From: Candidatus Cloacimonadota bacterium
GTDB lineage: Bacteria; UBA4055
NCBI GenBank assembly: GCA_002742935.1
Contig: PDON01000067.1
Span: 5,766-69,765, forward strand
Reading direction: 5' to 3'
DNA: 64,000 nt
The notes beneath the pieces are model-generated. The model was not told the DNA's origin, did not search any database, and worked only from the letters and a program-made list of their open reading frames with translations. Shown piece after piece: positions 1-8,933 of this stretch. The position numbers and the translations under genes were made by a program. Every line of letters begins with the position of its first letter. Positions within the stretch are counted from its first letter, which is position 1.

Positions 1-245
1 CTGATAGTTTTATAATCTTCATTATCTTTTAAATCAGCAAAAACTCTCTCTTCATTTTTTGTCAGCTTTTCACCTTTATTTTTTTTCTTGGTGATAAGCT
101 TGAGCTCATTTTTACGCTTAATCTTTTCAATTAGGTTCTTTTCTTTAGAAAAATAAACCTTGTAAGACGGCAACAATGAATATACAGCCAAAACTAATAA
201 TATCAAGAAGATAAACCATCTTACCGTGTTGTTTCTTTTCTTCAT
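1..245 (-). CDS. 5' part of a membrane protein running off the window, possibly protein translocase subunit SecD (not in ORF track)
   Basis: ATG at 245-243 preceded by GAGGA. Open frame MKKRNNTVRWFIFLILLVLAVYSLLPSYKVYFSKEKNL... to the window edge. A basic N-terminus, one TM helix and LLPSY resemble SecD N-termini, but the diagnostic motifs lie outside the window. Confidence 0.45.
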   Translation of the reverse strand, partial: MKKRNNTVRWFIFLILLVLAVYSLLPSYKVYFSKEKNLIEKIKRKNELKLITKKKNKGEKLTKNEERVFADLKDNEDYKTI

Positions 246-714
246 AATTCCTCTGAATCCTCCGCTTTCTCAATTTGATTATGAACAATCATTTAAACAC
301 TATACCCGAAAGAGAATAAATATATGGTTTGATGTGATATTTGTCAATAGGATTATACCCTAATATAATCCACTTGTCTAATCTTCTTTTATTTAAAATC
401 TTAAATTTTAATCTGAGTTCGATCTGAAAACTATATACTGTCTCATATAACAATTAAAACTAAAAATACAATTTATATCTGTATCCTGAGAATCTCAAAG
501 AACACAACTTTTAATAGAGTAGATTTCAAGAATCTCATCCAATAGTTGTATAGTTTCATCATGAGCAGTAAAAAATATGTAGGCTAGCTATTTACATTAC
601 GACTTTAATCACATATCTTAAAGTGTGTTATACAATCTATAACTTGTATACAACATTTCTCATTTAAGAGTAGTAATTGATATAAAGTTAAATAGCTTAG
701 AAAAAAGAGTTCGT

Positions 715-930
715 ATGTTTATCCTAATTATCATTTCTTTAATCTTAATAGTAGGTACTTTTTATAAAATTGGTAGTTCTCGATCTAAATTCCAAGGTTA
801 TTTTTGGGCTACATGCACTCTTTTGCTATGGTTTGCTACAAATTATATTGTTATAAAGCCAAATATAATAGTTCCATTTATAATTGTTTTTTCTATTCAA
901 GCTATCTTACTTGATATTGAAATGAAATAA
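715..930 (+). CDS. small hydrophobic membrane protein, 71 aa, unknown function
   Basis: ORF with about 3 hydrophobic segments, upstream of and co-oriented with the propeller/ABC genes. No family motif recognised. Confidence 0.5.
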   Translation: MFILIIISLILIVGTFYKIGSSRSKFQGYFWATCTLLLWFATNYIVIKPNIIVPFIIVFSIQAILLDIEMK

Positions 931-1031
931 TCAAAAAGATTAATAAAAAAGAGATTAGAGAGTTCTATTTTGATAATGTTATAGGTGTAAAAATATTATC
1001 ATGAAAGATTAAAATAAATGAGGATTTAAAA

Positions 1032-2198
1032 ATGAGAATAGTTTACTATCTATTGCTTGTATTGTCTTTAGTTGTTTGCAATAATTGTACAAAGAAGAAA
1101 GCTCGTACAATAGAAGATAAAGAAGGGGTTAAGTCTATTAGAAATGTTAGACCAGATAGTAGTATAGCAGTTAAATTAGACTCTATCTTCACAATTGTCC
1201 TTGACTCAGATATTGATGAAGATTTCCTAAATTTTTACCCTGCACTCTATACCTTGGATAAAAATAGTAATATATTTATGTCTAATGGAGAAAAGATCTA
1301 TAAAGTAAACAATAGAGGAAAACTCCTAACCAAGTTTGGTGGAAAAGGGCAAGGTCCTGGTGAGTTTAGTAGTTTTGTATCTCATATTTTTGTTGTTGAC
1401 AACTATTTATATGCCTATGAACTTTCTAATTCAACTATACATAAATTTGATACTTCAGGCAGGTTTGTTAAATCTTTTCCTACCGATTACCCTTTATATC
1501 AGATTTTACCTTTAAAGGATAAAACATTCTTAGCATTAAACTATAGTTATGATAATAAGAATAAAATAAAATCAACAACCATACTTAAATTAGATTTATC
1601 TCTAAGAAAATCAAAAGAGATCTATAAATTTGACAGAAAATTATCTAAAGATGGATTCCCCTATGATAACGGAATGAATATACATTTAGGTGATAACCTC
1701 TATCTAGTTTATAAAGATAGATATAAGTATCATTACGACATATTCAGTTTAGAAACACCTTCTCATGATTCAATTAAAAAGAAACAATCAGTATCGAAAA
1801 GTGTGTATAGAGATGATTATTCAGACAAGAAAATGAAGGATATTAAAAGTGAGTATAGAAAGCATTTCCCAGAGTTTAAAAATACATTTAGAGAAAGACT
1901 CTATCTATGGAATAAAAAACTATCACTAGATATACCAATAGTTAACTCATTTTTAGACAATAAGGATTATTTATGGATTCAAACAACCTCTAGAGATTCT
2001 TTAGAATATAAATTTGATATTTTTAAAGATGGTTTATTTAGAAATACCTACACATATACAGCAAAAGAGAATGAGAGAGTTTATTTCTATTTCACAGGTG
2101 ATATTCTTTTAAAATTTAGTTTTAATATAAAGAGTGGTGAAACATTTTTAGTTGCAAATAAGATACTCTATCATTTTATGGTGGATAACCACTCATGA
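1032..2198 (+). CDS. 6-bladed beta-propeller (NHL-like) lipoprotein
   Basis: GAGG RBS, signal peptide ending in Cys (LVVCNNC), motif KFGGKGQGPGEF and IHKFDTSGRFVKSF-type blades. Confidence 0.75.
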   Translation: MRIVYYLLLVLSLVVCNNCTKKKARTIEDKEGVKSIRNVRPDSSIAVKLDSIFTIVLDSDIDEDFLNFYPALYTLDKNSNIFMSNGEKIYKVNNRGKLLTKFGGKGQGPGEFSSFVSHIFVVDNYLYAYELSNSTIHKFDTSGRFVKSFPTDYPLYQILPLKDKTFLALNYSYDNKNKIKSTTILKLDLSLRKSKEIYKFDRKLSKDGFPYDNGMNIHLGDNLYLVYKDRYKYHYDIFSLETPSHDSIKKKQSVSKSVYRDDYSDKKMKDIKSEYRKHFPEFKNTFRERLYLWNKKLSLDIPIVNSFLDNKDYLWIQTTSRDSLEYKFDIFKDGLFRNTYTYTAKENERVYFYFTGDILLKFSFNIKSGETFLVANKILYHFMVDNHS

Positions 2199-2298
2199 AT
2201 TTATTAAAAAAATTACTATTAGTTTTGCAATTTACTCTCTATTATTATAGTTAATTATATAGGAAAACAAAAAACAATCCAAAAGGATAACAATAGTT

Positions 2299-3189
2299 AT
2301 GGAAACAATTATTAAAACTAAAGATCTAACAAAAGTTTACTCTGGCAAAGTTAAAGCCCTTGACTCCTTTAGTTTCAATCTAAAGAAAGGAGAAGTATAT
2401 TCTCTTCTAGGTCCTAACGGTGCTGGTAAAACAACACTGATGAGAGTTCTGTTATCAATTATTCTACCTACTTCTGGCGAAGCATCAATTGGAGGATTTG
2501 ATATAAGTAACCCTAAAAGTAGGTCATCTATAGGATATCTTTCAGAAAAACATGCTTTCCCTGACTTTTTGACCAGTAGTGAAGTTCTATACTACTACGG
2601 AATGATGAATGGGAGATCCAAAAAATATATCAAGGATAAAATTGATCCTTTACTCTCTTTGGTAAATCTAGAAAAAGTAAAGAAAGTTAAGGTTAAAAAA
2701 TACTCTAAAGGTATGCTCCAAAGATTGGGGATTGCTCAAACTCTCATAGGGGATCCTGAGATTATATTTTTAGATGAACCCACCGATGGAATTGATCCTG
2801 TTGGAAGAAAAGAGGTCAGAGATATAATCTCAAGAGTAAAATCTGAAGGAAAAACAATATTTATAAACTCACATCTTCTTTCAGAGGTTGAAAAGATATC
2901 CGATAGAATTGCAATAATGAAAAATGGATCAATGATTAAAGAGGGGGTCTTATCCGATTTTATATTTGAAAACGATAAGGTTGAAATTAAGTGTAATGCC
3001 GATACTGATAAGTTTAAAAACTGCTTAGAACCTTTAGGGTTACAGATAACCGACTACACATTTGACTCTACGACAGAAACACTCAATAAGGCTATAGATC
3101 TATTGAGAAAGGATGGTATAGAGATAAATGAGATCATAAGATCAAAAACATCATTAGAAGATTATTTTATAAAAATTATTGAGGAGTAA
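2299..3189 (+). CDS. ABC transporter ATP-binding protein (ABC-2 exporter type)
   Basis: Walker A GPNGAGKTT, signature YSKGMLQR, Walker B IFLDEPT, H-loop NSHLL. Confidence 0.95.
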   Translation: METIIKTKDLTKVYSGKVKALDSFSFNLKKGEVYSLLGPNGAGKTTLMRVLLSIILPTSGEASIGGFDISNPKSRSSIGYLSEKHAFPDFLTSSEVLYYYGMMNGRSKKYIKDKIDPLLSLVNLEKVKKVKVKKYSKGMLQRLGIAQTLIGDPEIIFLDEPTDGIDPVGRKEVRDIISRVKSEGKTIFINSHLLSEVEKISDRIAIMKNGSMIKEGVLSDFIFENDKVEIKCNADTDKFKNCLEPLGLQITDYTFDSTTETLNKAIDLLRKDGIEINEIIRSKTSLEDYFIKIIEE

Positions 3190-3190
3190 C

Positions 3191-4033
3191 ATGTTCCCTT
3201 TAACAGCTTTAACAATAAAAGAGAGTATTGGGAAAAAAATACTCTTGGCAATTTTTATATCAGCAACCCTATTTTTGCTTCTTATACTTTTCTTTTTAAC
3301 CTTGGATGTAGTGGATGGAGCTAAAACATATGTTCAATTTCTTGGAATAAGAGAAGCTGTAGAGAACGGTAAAGATACAAGCGAAATTATCTCTAAAAAC
3401 ATGAAAGAGGTAGTAACACTAATCCAAGCAGGGATTGGAGGAATTACCTATGGAATGGGGATTTTTCTAACCCTATTTGCAACTAGTGATCTTTTCCCAT
3501 CTATGATAAAAAAAGGTTATATAGATCTTATAGTCTCAAAACCTTTCTCTAGAACTAGATTATTTAATGAAAGAGTTTTAGGGTCTCTTATTATTGTATC
3601 TGCACTAATACTATATATTGTAGTAGGATCTTGGTTGATCATATCGTGGAAATCTGGAGTATGGAACTACTCATTCCTTCTTTCTAGCCTTATGATAATA
3701 ATTATATATTCAATCCTCTATATGTATGTACTATTTTTTAGCCTCTTAACTGGAAATGGTCGCTTTGGACTAATAATTACATATGGAATGATTGTTATCT
3801 CCCCAATCCTTTTAGCTAGAGAGAAACTTTTATCACTACTAGGTAATAGTTGGTCTTTCCTATTTGACACACTCTACTATATAATTCCTAAGGTGTCCCA
3901 TTTAGGAGAGATAGTAGTTAATCTAATTAGGGGTAAAGAGATTAACGACTTTTCTCCTCTTCTCATAACTATTGTAGGAGGTGTCATAATGTACTTTATA
4001 AATCTTTATATTTTTAACAAAAAAGATTTCTAA
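3191..4033 (+). CDS. ABC-2 type transporter permease
   Basis: About 6 TM segments with the IKKGYIDLIVSKPFSR loop motif. ATG 3191 follows GAGGAG and lies 1 nt after the ATPase stop, so it is preferred over the track start 3179. Confidence 0.85.
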   Translation: MFPLTALTIKESIGKKILLAIFISATLFLLLILFFLTLDVVDGAKTYVQFLGIREAVENGKDTSEIISKNMKEVVTLIQAGIGGITYGMGIFLTLFATSDLFPSMIKKGYIDLIVSKPFSRTRLFNERVLGSLIIVSALILYIVVGSWLIISWKSGVWNYSFLLSSLMIIIIYSILYMYVLFFSLLTGNGRFGLIITYGMIVISPILLAREKLLSLLGNSWSFLFDTLYYIIPKVSHLGEIVVNLIRGKEINDFSPLLITIVGGVIMYFINLYIFNKKDF

Positions 4034-4174
4034 AAGCGATTATTCATTGTAAATTATGAAGAGGTGTTAAATCAAATTAACTTTTCTCATATTATACAAA
4101 GTAAAAGACACTGACTTAATAGATTAAAAGAGTTACAATACATTACAGAACATTAAAACTTTATGGAGGTTATC

Positions 4175-5206
4175 ATGCCCGTTGTTAATTATCAACAGTA
4201 TTGCAAAATGTTAGAGAACGCTTACAAAAACAAGTTTGCATACCCTGCTATCAATGTTACTTCAATGGCTACAGCAAATGCAGCTTTAAAGGCTTTTGCA
4301 GAACTAAAATCAGATGGAATCATTCAGGTTTCAACAGGTGGTGGGTCCTTTGCATCCGGTCTAGGTGTAAAAGATGAGGTTCTTGGAGCAATTTCAATAG
4401 CTCAGCATGTTCATCTAATGGCTGAAAAATATGATGTAAATATTGCACTTCATACCGATCACTGCCCTGCAAAGAAGGTTGATTCTTTCCTAATGCCTCT
4501 TATTGAAGAGACATCTAAAAGAAGAGCTAAGGGATTACCAAACCTTTTCAACTCCCATATGTTTGATGGAGCAGAGCTTCCTTTAAAGGAGAATATGGAG
4601 ATCTCTAAAAAATTGATGAAACTCTGTAAAGAGAACGATATTATCTTAGAGGTTGAAGCCGGTGTTGTTGGTGGAGAAGAGGATGGTGTAAACAATGAAG
4701 ATGTACCATCTGAAAAACTTTACACTACCCCTGAAGATATGATTGAAGTTTACAAATCTTTAGAACCTATTGGCGGTACTTTTATGTTTGCTGCTACTTT
4801 TGGTAATGTTCACGGTGTTTATAAACCGGGTAATGTTAAGTTAAGACCAAAAATTTTAAAAGATGGTCAAGATGCTCTTGCTAAAGAGTTTGGGGAAGGT
4901 GCTCACTTCTATCTTGTATTCCACGGTGGTTCAGGATCTGAGCTTTCAGATATTCATGAAACATTGGATTATGGTGTAATCAAGATGAACATAGATACTG
5001 ATACTCAATACGCTTTCACAAGACCTGTTGTTGAACACATAATGAAAAATTACGATGGCGTTTTAAAGATTGAAGGTGAAGTTGGAAATAAAAAGGTTTA
5101 TGATCCTAGATCTTACTTGAAAAAAGGTGAAGAAGCCATGGCTGAAAGAATCAAGCAAGCTATTAGAGATCTTAGATCTGAAAACACCTCTCTTTCTTTG
5201 AAATAG
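4175..5206 (+). CDS. fbaA: fructose-bisphosphate aldolase class II
   Basis: LHTDHC, SHMFDG, GGEEDG, FGNVHGVYKPG, VFHGGSG and KMNIDTD motifs. GGAGG RBS places the start at 4175. Confidence 0.96.
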   Translation: MPVVNYQQYCKMLENAYKNKFAYPAINVTSMATANAALKAFAELKSDGIIQVSTGGGSFASGLGVKDEVLGAISIAQHVHLMAEKYDVNIALHTDHCPAKKVDSFLMPLIEETSKRRAKGLPNLFNSHMFDGAELPLKENMEISKKLMKLCKENDIILEVEAGVVGGEEDGVNNEDVPSEKLYTTPEDMIEVYKSLEPIGGTFMFAATFGNVHGVYKPGNVKLRPKILKDGQDALAKEFGEGAHFYLVFHGGSGSELSDIHETLDYGVIKMNIDTDTQYAFTRPVVEHIMKNYDGVLKIEGEVGNKKVYDPRSYLKKGEEAMAERIKQAIRDLRSENTSLSLK

Positions 5207-5349
5207 AGTTTAGACTATCTGTAAACTTAGTATTACTGAGTCATCAAATTTTTATGTTCAAATAACCTAGTATCTCTAGGCAATGGATCAGATAAAAATT
5301 GGATTTCTTGTACTACTCGTTTCTAACCAGTCTGACTTTTAAACAATCT

Positions 5350-5376
5350 GGGGTGATTTTTTATTCACCCCTTTTT
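5350..5376 (+). terminator. rho-independent terminator downstream of fbaA
   Basis: GGGGTGA-TTTTTTAT-TCACCCC followed by TTTTT. Confidence 0.75.
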
Positions 5377-5402
5377 ATAATTATTGCAAAGAGGGTAAAA
5401 GC

Positions 5403-5849
5403 ATGAGAGAAATCAATGAGATAGTTATCCACTGTAGTGCTACAGAGTATGGAAATGTAGAGATCTTTAGGGATTGGCATGTTAATGAAAATGGTTGGGA
5501 TGATATTGGATACCACTATGTAATATTGAACAGCTATCAATGTAGAGATGATTATGTGAATAAAAAACCTAATTATGGAATGGATGGAGTATTAGAGATT
5601 GGTAGGGATATAGAGATAAGTGGAGCTCATGTAAAAGGACACAATAAAAACTCTATCGGAATCTGCTTAGTTGGTGATAGAAGCTTTACATCTTCACAAT
5701 TTAGAACATTAAAAACATTAGTTTCTACCTTAAAGTCAATCTATAAAGATGCTAAGATTAAGGGTCATTGTGAATATGACACTGCTATAGCACAAGGGAA
5801 AACCTGCCCTAATATCAACCCTGATTATTTGAGAGAGTTGTTGAAATAG
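5403..5849 (+). CDS. N-acetylmuramoyl-L-alanine amidase (Amidase_2, T7 lysozyme-like)
   Basis: IVIHCSAT, DIGYHYVI, GAHVKGHN, SIGICLVG, GH..KTCP zinc-amidase motifs. Confidence 0.92.
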   Translation: MREINEIVIHCSATEYGNVEIFRDWHVNENGWDDIGYHYVILNSYQCRDDYVNKKPNYGMDGVLEIGRDIEISGAHVKGHNKNSIGICLVGDRSFTSSQFRTLKTLVSTLKSIYKDAKIKGHCEYDTAIAQGKTCPNINPDYLRELLK

Positions 5850-5852
5850 AAG

Positions 5853-8800
5853 CTAAACCTCTGCACTTCTAACAAGAGATATTAGCAATGAAAGCTTCTG
5901 CTTAAAAGATTCAACAACAACATAAAGTACAGGAATAATGGTTAACACAAATATTGTTGAGGCTATCAAACCTCCAACAGTTACAAGTGAAAGTGTATAC
6001 CAAAAGTTTTTATCAACATCTGAGTTTACAAAGAGAGGTAATACACCAAGTACGGTTGTGGTTGTAGTCATCAGGATAGGTCTAAACCTTTCCACTGTTC
6101 CATTTACCACAGAATCTAAGATATTAGCACCATTTTTCCTATAGTGGTTTATATGATTTACTAAAATAATAGAGTTGTTAACGGCAATACCTGAAAGTAA
6201 AATTGCACCCATATAGGATTCCCTATTAAAGTTAACATCCATAAAAAAGAAGATAAGAAACACTCCAACCATACCCAAAGGAACGGTGAGGATTACAATA
6301 ATAGGGTGCCAGATAGATTCAAACAGTGCTGCTGTAATCATAAATACCAAACATATAGCTATACCCACAACCATAAGTATCTCTTTCTCCTCCTCTCTAC
6401 TCATAAAAGAGTAGTTAGTCTTAGAAAAGCTATATCCTGTTGGCAACTTATAATTTTCTTGAAACTCTACATTAAACTTATTTGCTGCCTTATTTGATCC
6501 TCTATAATCATAAGCAACTATTCTACTGTATGATTGATCCTCCTTAGTAATATCGGAAAGTACTCTTTCCTTTTCTATAGTTCCGGTATTTCCTATTTTA
6601 AATGGCTTGTTCCCATAACTAAAATCCAAATCTTTAAGTTGTGCTGCTGTAAAGTTATCTGCGTCCGAATATTTTACCGAAAGATCAACCTCGCTATTGT
6701 TAATATTTATATTATCTTGGGAAGAGCCTCCAATATTAATTTTAACATACTGAACTATATTTCTAACAGATGTTTTAAATTTGGCTAAACTCTCTCTGTC
6801 GATATTAAACACATAATTAAATAGTGTTGTTTGAGACCAAAATCTGGAAGTTCCGTTTATATCTGTTTCTGAAACTCTACTATTACTTTTAAGAAGATCT
6901 GAAATATTTTTAGCCTCTTTTTTAAGCTCCTCATATGAAAAACCTTTAACGGTAAATCTATTACTAAGCTGTTTGGTGGTTGTACCTCCGGCTCTGTAGG
7001 ATCCGCTAGGGTTTAAAGGGTTATAGATAGTTATACTGGGACCTGCAAAATTTCTTGCCTTAGAAACAAGCTTTGCTTCCATCTCAAAAGGATGAACGGT
7101 ATATATACTATCCTCATCATAAATAACACTTATCTGACCAAAGTTACTACTTATGTAGGATTCAAACTTTTTATACCCTTTCATATCCTCTATACTTTTT
7201 TCAAATCCTGTAATTATTCTATCTGTCATATCTATTGTTGATCCTGTAGGCATAGAAACATAGAGAGCCACAGTATCAGGAACTTTTCCGCTAAAAATCT
7301 CACCCTTGTCAACATATTTATCAAATAGATACCAAGAGGATATAATTATAAGTAGAGTAAAGATTATTGTCATTACCTTGTTTTTTATTAGAACATAAAG
7401 AACATTTTTCAAAAACAGAGGACCTTTATACTCCTTTAACTCTCTATTTCTACCTTTAGATGTAAATCTTGTAAGGGTAGGTATTAGTGTAAACGATACA
7501 AAAAGAGAGCTTATTAAAGCTGCCGATACAACTAACGCCAAAGGTTCCCAGTATAGAGATTTTTCGCCTTGAAGATCCAAAAAAGGTATAAACACAATAC
7601 ATGTTGTGGAGGTAGCGGCTATAACAGGCTGAATCATCTCTTTCCCACCTTCATAAGCGGCTCTTTTTATCTCCATTCCATTTTGAAGTTTATGGTAAAT
7701 ATTTTCCATTACAACAATGGAATTATCCACTAAAAGACCAAAGGCTAAAACAAGACCTGAAAGGGTAATAACATTTATTGTATTACCGGAAAAGTATAGA
7801 AAGATCATTGTCATTAAAATTGATATAATGATTGTAAGTAAAATAATAAAAGGTGTTTTAAAGTCTCTTAAAAAGAATAGAAGTACCAAAGTTATGATAG
7901 CTATACTTATAAAAGCACGATTCTTTATATCTGAAAGATCCTCTCTCATTTTTTTGGTTCTGTCAGAACTTAGGAACAGAGACATATCTTTAGGTAACTC
8001 TTTCTTTATCTCTTCAATCTTTTCAAACACTCTGTCGGCAGTATCAATGGCATTCTTACCAGCTTCCTTATCTATCTGAATAAAGATGGTAGACTTACCG
8101 TTTATTCTGTTGATTCTGTAGCTATCACTTACGCCATCTTCTACCTTTCCTATATCTTTTAAGTAGATAGTGTTAGCACCAACCTTTTTTATTGGAATAT
8201 TAAGTAGATCTGAAAAATTATTGTATCTATTATCCATAATTACAGTAAGCTGATTACCCTTTTGGTCTATGATACCTATATCTTTCTTATTTCCCCACTC
8301 ATCTATCTGTCTTCTTACGCTATACGGATTTATATTAAATATTTTAGCTTTATCTCTATCAATTAAAACCTTTAAAGATCGCTTTGAAGCTCCGGTAATA
8401 TCAATGTTTGAAACACCCTCAATAGAGGTTAGATGGTTTTCAATATTATCCTCAGCATACTTTAGAAGTGAAGAAAGATCCCTCTCACCAAAAACCTCAT
8501 ACCTTAAAAGTGATTCATTATCATCAATATCTCTTGGGATATATCTTCTAATGCTTACAGATCTCTTTACATCTTTAGGAAGATCCTTTTTTACCATAAA
8601 AACCTTTTCGTTGAGAGTAATATATGCCATATCCATATCTGTATCCCTCTCATACTCAACGGTTATAATACTCATTTCAGGTTTTGATGTTGAAGAGGTT
8701 TTATGAACATAACTTAAACCCTCAATGGCAGATTCCAAAGGAGAGGTTACCTCTTTTTCCATTGTTTCAGGTGAAGCATTTTTCCAAAAACCGCTAATGG

Positions 8801-8930
8801 TTAGTTTAGGATACTCTGCATTTGGTTCCGGTTCAAATGGAAGTTTTAAAAATGAGATAACTCCTATGGTAGCCAAAGCTATATACAACATTATTGTTGT
8901 AATAGGTCTATTTATTGAAATCTTTATCAT
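5853..8930 (-). CDS. RND efflux permease subunit (AcrB/AcrD/AcrF family), second subunit
   Basis: 1025 aa. RPITT N-terminus, GLLVDNSIVVMENI (TM4), GIAVNNSIIL (TM10), RFRPILMTT. Confidence 0.95.
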   Translation of the reverse strand: MIKISINRPITTIMLYIALATIGVISFLKLPFEPEPNAEYPKLTISGFWKNASPETMEKEVTSPLESAIEGLSYVHKTSSTSKPEMSIITVEYERDTDMDMAYITLNEKVFMVKKDLPKDVKRSVSIRRYIPRDIDDNESLLRYEVFGERDLSSLLKYAEDNIENHLTSIEGVSNIDITGASKRSLKVLIDRDKAKIFNINPYSVRRQIDEWGNKKDIGIIDQKGNQLTVIMDNRYNNFSDLLNIPIKKVGANTIYLKDIGKVEDGVSDSYRINRINGKSTIFIQIDKEAGKNAIDTADRVFEKIEEIKKELPKDMSLFLSSDRTKKMREDLSDIKNRAFISIAIITLVLLFFLRDFKTPFIILLTIIISILMTMIFLYFSGNTINVITLSGLVLAFGLLVDNSIVVMENIYHKLQNGMEIKRAAYEGGKEMIQPVIAATSTTCIVFIPFLDLQGEKSLYWEPLALVVSAALISSLFVSFTLIPTLTRFTSKGRNRELKEYKGPLFLKNVLYVLIKNKVMTIIFTLLIIISSWYLFDKYVDKGEIFSGKVPDTVALYVSMPTGSTIDMTDRIITGFEKSIEDMKGYKKFESYISSNFGQISVIYDEDSIYTVHPFEMEAKLVSKARNFAGPSITIYNPLNPSGSYRAGGTTTKQLSNRFTVKGFSYEELKKEAKNISDLLKSNSRVSETDINGTSRFWSQTTLFNYVFNIDRESLAKFKTSVRNIVQYVKINIGGSSQDNININNSEVDLSVKYSDADNFTAAQLKDLDFSYGNKPFKIGNTGTIEKERVLSDITKEDQSYSRIVAYDYRGSNKAANKFNVEFQENYKLPTGYSFSKTNYSFMSREEEKEILMVVGIAICLVFMITAALFESIWHPIIVILTVPLGMVGVFLIFFFMDVNFNRESYMGAILLSGIAVNNSIILVNHINHYRKNGANILDSVVNGTVERFRPILMTTTTTVLGVLPLFVNSDVDKNFWYTLSLVTVGGLIASTIFVLTIIPVLYVVVESFKQKLSLLISLVRSAEV

Positions 8931-8933
8931 AAC

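Noticed and set aside
5403-5849. Prophage around the amidase
   Set aside because: No holin, structural, integrase or other phage genes nearby.
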